Under the pieces are notes generated by a model that saw nothing but the letters and a program-made list of their open reading frames with translations, made no database searches and had not been told where the DNA came from. The translations under genes and the position numbers were made by a program. Of a stretch of DNA of 64,000 bases, positions 60,402-64,000 are shown one piece after another. How positions within the stretch are numbered: position 1 is the first letter of the stretch; every line of letters starts with the position of its first letter. This stretch comes from an uncultured Desulfosarcina sp. (GTDB lineage Bacteria; Desulfobacterota; Desulfobacteria; Desulfobacterales; Desulfosarcinaceae): contig CAXXWQ010000003.1 in assembly GCA_963674945.2 (NCBI GenBank), positions 416,001 through 480,000 on the forward strand, given 5' to 3'.

Positions 60402-62024
60402 TTACTCCTCCATTCCCGGTAGCGGTTCACCGCGCAAGTCCGTTTCTCTTTCCTTTTCACCGGGTAGAATCAGGGCGTTTGCCACAAGCTCATGCAGGCC
60501 CGTTACCTCGACTTCCGGCACCCAGTATCCCATTGACGCGGGCAGTGCCGCGCGATCGATGGCGCAAACGCAGGCGAGCATATTCACGCCGAACTTCTCG
60601 TGAACATGTTTTACCGCATTTGCCCTCGGAAAACCGCCGGCCATACGAAGTTCCATGTTCTCCCCGGCGTTGAGGCCGGCGCCGCTGCCACAGCAAAAGG
60701 TCTGTTCCCGGATGGTATTGGCCGGCATTTCGTAAAAGTTATTGGCGACATTCTGAATCACGTAACGCGGCTCGTCGAGCATCCCCATTCCACGGGAAGG
60801 GTTACATGAGTCGTGGAAGGTAATGATCTTGTTGTCGTTTCTCGACGGATCCAGCTCCAGCTTGCCGTGACGGATCAGGTCGGCGGTGAACTCGGCGATG
60901 TGCACCATCTTCGTCGATTTGGCGTTTTCGAACTTGGTGCCGGTGATGGGGTTGACCGGTTCTTCGAGAAAGTCCGCAGGCCCGTTCATGGTATCCATAT
61001 ACTGGTGGATGACCCGCCACATGTGCCCGCATTCGCCGCCCAATATCCACTTGACCCCCAGCCGTTTGGCCTCGGCGTACATCTTCGCATTGAGCCGTTT
61101 CATGGTCTCGTGGGAAGTGAAGAAACCGAAGTTGCCGCCTTCGGAAGCGTAGGTGCTCCAGGTGATCTTCAGCCCGTATTTCTCTTTGAGGTAGTGAAAC
61201 AGTATCATGTACCCCATACAGGTATAGGTTCCCGGATCGGCGAAGACGTCACCCGACGGGGTAACAAAGAGGATATCGGCATCCTTTTCCATATAAGCCG
61301 GTTTCACCAGGACACCGGTGATCTCTTCGATGTCTTCGACGAAGAAGTCCAGCATGTCTTTGAAGGCATGGGGCTGGATGCCCAGATGGTTTCCGGTCAT
61401 GTAACAATTGGAAACCGGCGTGGCGATCCAGTCGATATTCAGACCCAGCAGGTTTAAAAGTTCACGGCCCATGATGGTGATCTCGGCCGTGTCGATACCG
61501 TAAGGGCAGAAAACCGAGCAGCGGCGACACTCGGTGCACTGGAACATGTAGTACCACCACTCCTTGAGCACGTCCAATGTCATGGGACGGGCGCCCCCCA
61601 GTTTCCCCAGAATCTTTCCCGCCGTGGTAAAATCGTTCCGATAGACGCTTCGAAGCAATTCGGCGCGAAGCACGGGCATGTTTTTGGGATCACCGGTGCC
61701 GATGAAGAAGTGGCACTTATCGGCGCAGGCGCCGCAGCGAACGCAGATGTCCATGAATATCTTGAAAGAACGAAACTTTTCCAGACGCTCACGGAACCCC
61801 TCGTGCACGATCTGCTGCCAATTTTCCGGCAGCTTCCAGTCCTCGTCCAGGGGATTCCAGGCCCGTGCATTGGGAAGGCCCAGGGTCTCGACGCTTTTTG
61901 GATTGGATGCGTAGCAGTACATCCCTTTGCGAATGTCCACCGGCGTGTCCATCCAACCGGCGCCGGACGGACGATGATCTATCTTTGACAATAGTTCATC
62001 GGGTTTGATCAACTCGTCTGCCAT
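60402..62024 (-). CDS. dsrK: DsrK (HdrD-like Fe-S subunit)
   Basis: CVRCGACADKC, CTECRRC, GECGH, HDSC, CCGSG. Confidence 0.95.
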   Translation of the reverse strand: MADELIKPDELLSKIDHRPSGAGWMDTPVDIRKGMYCYASNPKSVETLGLPNARAWNPLDEDWKLPENWQQIVHEGFRERLEKFRSFKIFMDICVRCGACADKCHFFIGTGDPKNMPVLRAELLRSVYRNDFTTAGKILGKLGGARPMTLDVLKEWWYYMFQCTECRRCSVFCPYGIDTAEITIMGRELLNLLGLNIDWIATPVSNCYMTGNHLGIQPHAFKDMLDFFVEDIEEITGVLVKPAYMEKDADILFVTPSGDVFADPGTYTCMGYMILFHYLKEKYGLKITWSTYASEGGNFGFFTSHETMKRLNAKMYAEAKRLGVKWILGGECGHMWRVIHQYMDTMNGPADFLEEPVNPITGTKFENAKSTKMVHIAEFTADLIRHGKLELDPSRNDNKIITFHDSCNPSRGMGMLDEPRYVIQNVANNFYEMPANTIREQTFCCGSGAGLNAGENMELRMAGGFPRANAVKHVHEKFGVNMLACVCAIDRAALPASMGYWVPEVEVTGLHELVANALILPGEKERETDLRGEPLPGMEE

Positions 62025-62040
62025 TATCAGCTCCTTTGTC

Positions 62041-63081
62041 TTAGGCCTGTTCTTCGGGCATTTTAACGACCGGCAGGCCGGCTTCTACCATTTTCTCTCT
62101 AAAATCATCTTCATATTCATCATAGGTGTGGACCTTGACCGGATAATTCCAGGGGTTCACGTGCCTAACCTGTCGAGAATTGCCCGTCATGTTGCGGGTT
62201 GGGCTCAGGAAAATTCCGCCCAAGTGCATCAATTTGCTAAAGGGGAAGTAGGCCAGAAGAACGCTGACCAGAAAAATGTGCGCGTAGAAAAGCGCATGGA
62301 CGCCCTCGGGAATCGTGGGATGAAAAGTAACCAATCCCATTGCCAGTTCCTTGATGGCAGTAATGTCCACCTTGGAGACATAACGCATGAAGATACCTGT
62401 GAGAGCGATGGCGATAATCAAGAACAGGGGAAAGAAATCGTTGGCCAGGGAGATGTACCGGACCTGTGGAATGAATACCCGGCGAAGAAACAGGTAAATG
62501 ACGGCAACGAGAAGTACCAGCCCGGACAGGTACACGCCGGGCAGGCCGGCCTGCACGGCGTCATAGAGAACTTCCAGGCGAAAAAACCCGTCTACGTTCT
62601 CCAGTGCCGTGACGAAAAAGGGAACGGGTTCGGTGAAGAAACGAAGGTGCCGCACGATCACGACGAAAAAAGCATAGTGAAAGGCCAGGGCGCCTATCCA
62701 CAGGAAAAGCTCCAGCTGATGGGTCATCTTGCCTTTGGTCAGGTTCATTCGCGTGTTGCGAAACAAGGAGCGAAAGCAGACGATTTCCAGTAGCATCCGC
62801 ACGATGACACCGAAGGTGGTCGATGGATTGTCGATTTTGGCCTGTTTGAAGCCGGGCAGAGATGGCTGCTGACCGCAGGTGGTGGTGATTCGGAACGGAA
62901 CCGCCGATCGCGCCCAGCTCATGACGCGACGGACAAAGCCGACAACGAATAGGATGATTGCCAGATAGGGAACAATAATTCCGAAGACCATCTGCAGGCC
63001 TGCCCCCTGTTGCCCGCCCACATATGCGACCAGAAACAGCACGAGAACCGCTATGAGGCTAACCATGTAATTTTTATTCAT
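62041..63081 (-). CDS. dsrM: DsrM (NarI-like cytochrome b)
   Basis: TTCGQQ, FRSLFRNT, FPFSKLMH, VNPWN. Confidence 0.95.
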   Translation of the reverse strand: MNKNYMVSLIAVLVLFLVAYVGGQQGAGLQMVFGIIVPYLAIILFVVGFVRRVMSWARSAVPFRITTTCGQQPSLPGFKQAKIDNPSTTFGVIVRMLLEIVCFRSLFRNTRMNLTKGKMTHQLELFLWIGALAFHYAFFVVIVRHLRFFTEPVPFFVTALENVDGFFRLEVLYDAVQAGLPGVYLSGLVLLVAVIYLFLRRVFIPQVRYISLANDFFPLFLIIAIALTGIFMRYVSKVDITAIKELAMGLVTFHPTIPEGVHALFYAHIFLVSVLLAYFPFSKLMHLGGIFLSPTRNMTGNSRQVRHVNPWNYPVKVHTYDEYEDDFREKMVEAGLPVVKMPEEQA

Positions 63082-63246
63082 CGAACCTCACCTCACTCCT
63101 CGGCGCCCGGCGGATTTCGATGGTACGCGAACACTTCTCTCCCAGAACCTGAGGCGACGGGAAGTCACCAGCGAAAAATCTGAAAAAAACGCGTTCCCTT
63201 GCAACCGCTGCCGGATGCCTAAATCAGATATAGTAATAAGGAACCA

Positions 63247-63762
63247 TCAGAGACCGGACCCATCTGCCTCGGTCTCAACAATCAATCCTGCTCGCTTCAA
63301 TGAACCGAAAAACTGTTTTCTGGATTCCGTCGCCTTAAGCTCGAACACCTTTTCCCGGCAGGCCACGTAGATATCGAAGGCGACCAAGGCCATCTCGTCG
63401 ATTCTTTGATCCAGGCCACCCATCTCTTCCTTACGGCCCTTCCCCGGAGAGTGATCCCGGATGATTCGCTTTAACGCAAATACGAAACGAGTTGCTTGGG
63501 AAGGAGACATGGTTTGCACCGCCCTTATCCGCATGATCGGATCGAGAGCGGTCGCCATGGTATCATGCCCTGCCTCGCTGATCAGTGCTTCCACCAATTT
63601 CTCGAGACTCTGGAAGGTAGTCTGCCCCACTGGATTGGCGAAGGGATCTTTTTGGCTTTTGAGGAACCGGGCCGTATCGGCAGGGTAAGTGTCAACAGTA
63701 GCCTGAAACCAGCTTTTGAGAATCTCCTGCTTCTTGGCCGCCAATTGTTGTGATGAACTCAT
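63247..63762 (-). CDS. dsrT: DsrT / RsbRD N-terminal domain protein
   Basis: DPFANPVG, IMRIRAVQ..PSQA; immediately upstream of dsrM. Confidence 0.8.
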   Translation of the reverse strand: MSSSQQLAAKKQEILKSWFQATVDTYPADTARFLKSQKDPFANPVGQTTFQSLEKLVEALISEAGHDTMATALDPIMRIRAVQTMSPSQATRFVFALKRIIRDHSPGKGRKEEMGGLDQRIDEMALVAFDIYVACREKVFELKATESRKQFFGSLKRAGLIVETEADGSGL

Positions 63763-64000
63763 CTACGGTTTCACTTTGGTGGCACCCGCGTGAAAACGGC
63801 GGAAGCCACAAATCGACTTCAGTTTATCGGTTCGGATTTCAACGGTGAATACACAGTGCAATGGCCGGAAACCAGCCGATTTCAAACTCGGACCTATAAT
63901 CAAATTGGCCATTTCTGTCAAGGACAAATAAGTCAGGTCCTTACGTCCCTATGGGCGATTTGCGGTACATTCTTTTCCACGGAGCGCGCAAATTCTCCCT

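Overview
Chromosomal window from a sulfate-reducing deltaproteobacterium (dsrTMKJOP, selB, kor/oor genes; Desulfobacterales/Desulfosarcina-like by gene content, inferred only). 1-22.1 kb is an accessory island. It holds the early/transposition half of a Mu-like element (repressor, Ner-like, MuA-like DDE transposase, MuB-like ATPase, GemA, DUF3164) with no virion genes. Where late genes would be there is an AT-rich run of probable defence genes: HEPN, Ser/Thr kinase and HNH genes separated by attC-like sites with no visible integrase, an IS66-split PIN-GNAT-EVE/PUA gene plus ASCH, and DUF4062-TPR. More cargo (P-loop ATPase, PD-(D/E)XK nuclease) lies between the repressor and a tandemly duplicated element end just downstream of tRNA-Arg/tRNA-His. 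22-64 kb is mostly core genome: selB, DUF2333, hemW, 2-oxoacid:ferredoxin oxidoreductase, two Hsp20 and glgP. It also has a nitrogen cluster (split glutamate synthase with an ANTAR-type leader and GAF-ANTAR regulator; gdhA with a PEP-synthase-like protein and a two-component system), a Zorya type III-like four-gene cluster and dsrTMKJOP. Two IS66 copies and one IS1380 have intact target-site duplications. All calls come from reading motifs by eye; no searches were run.
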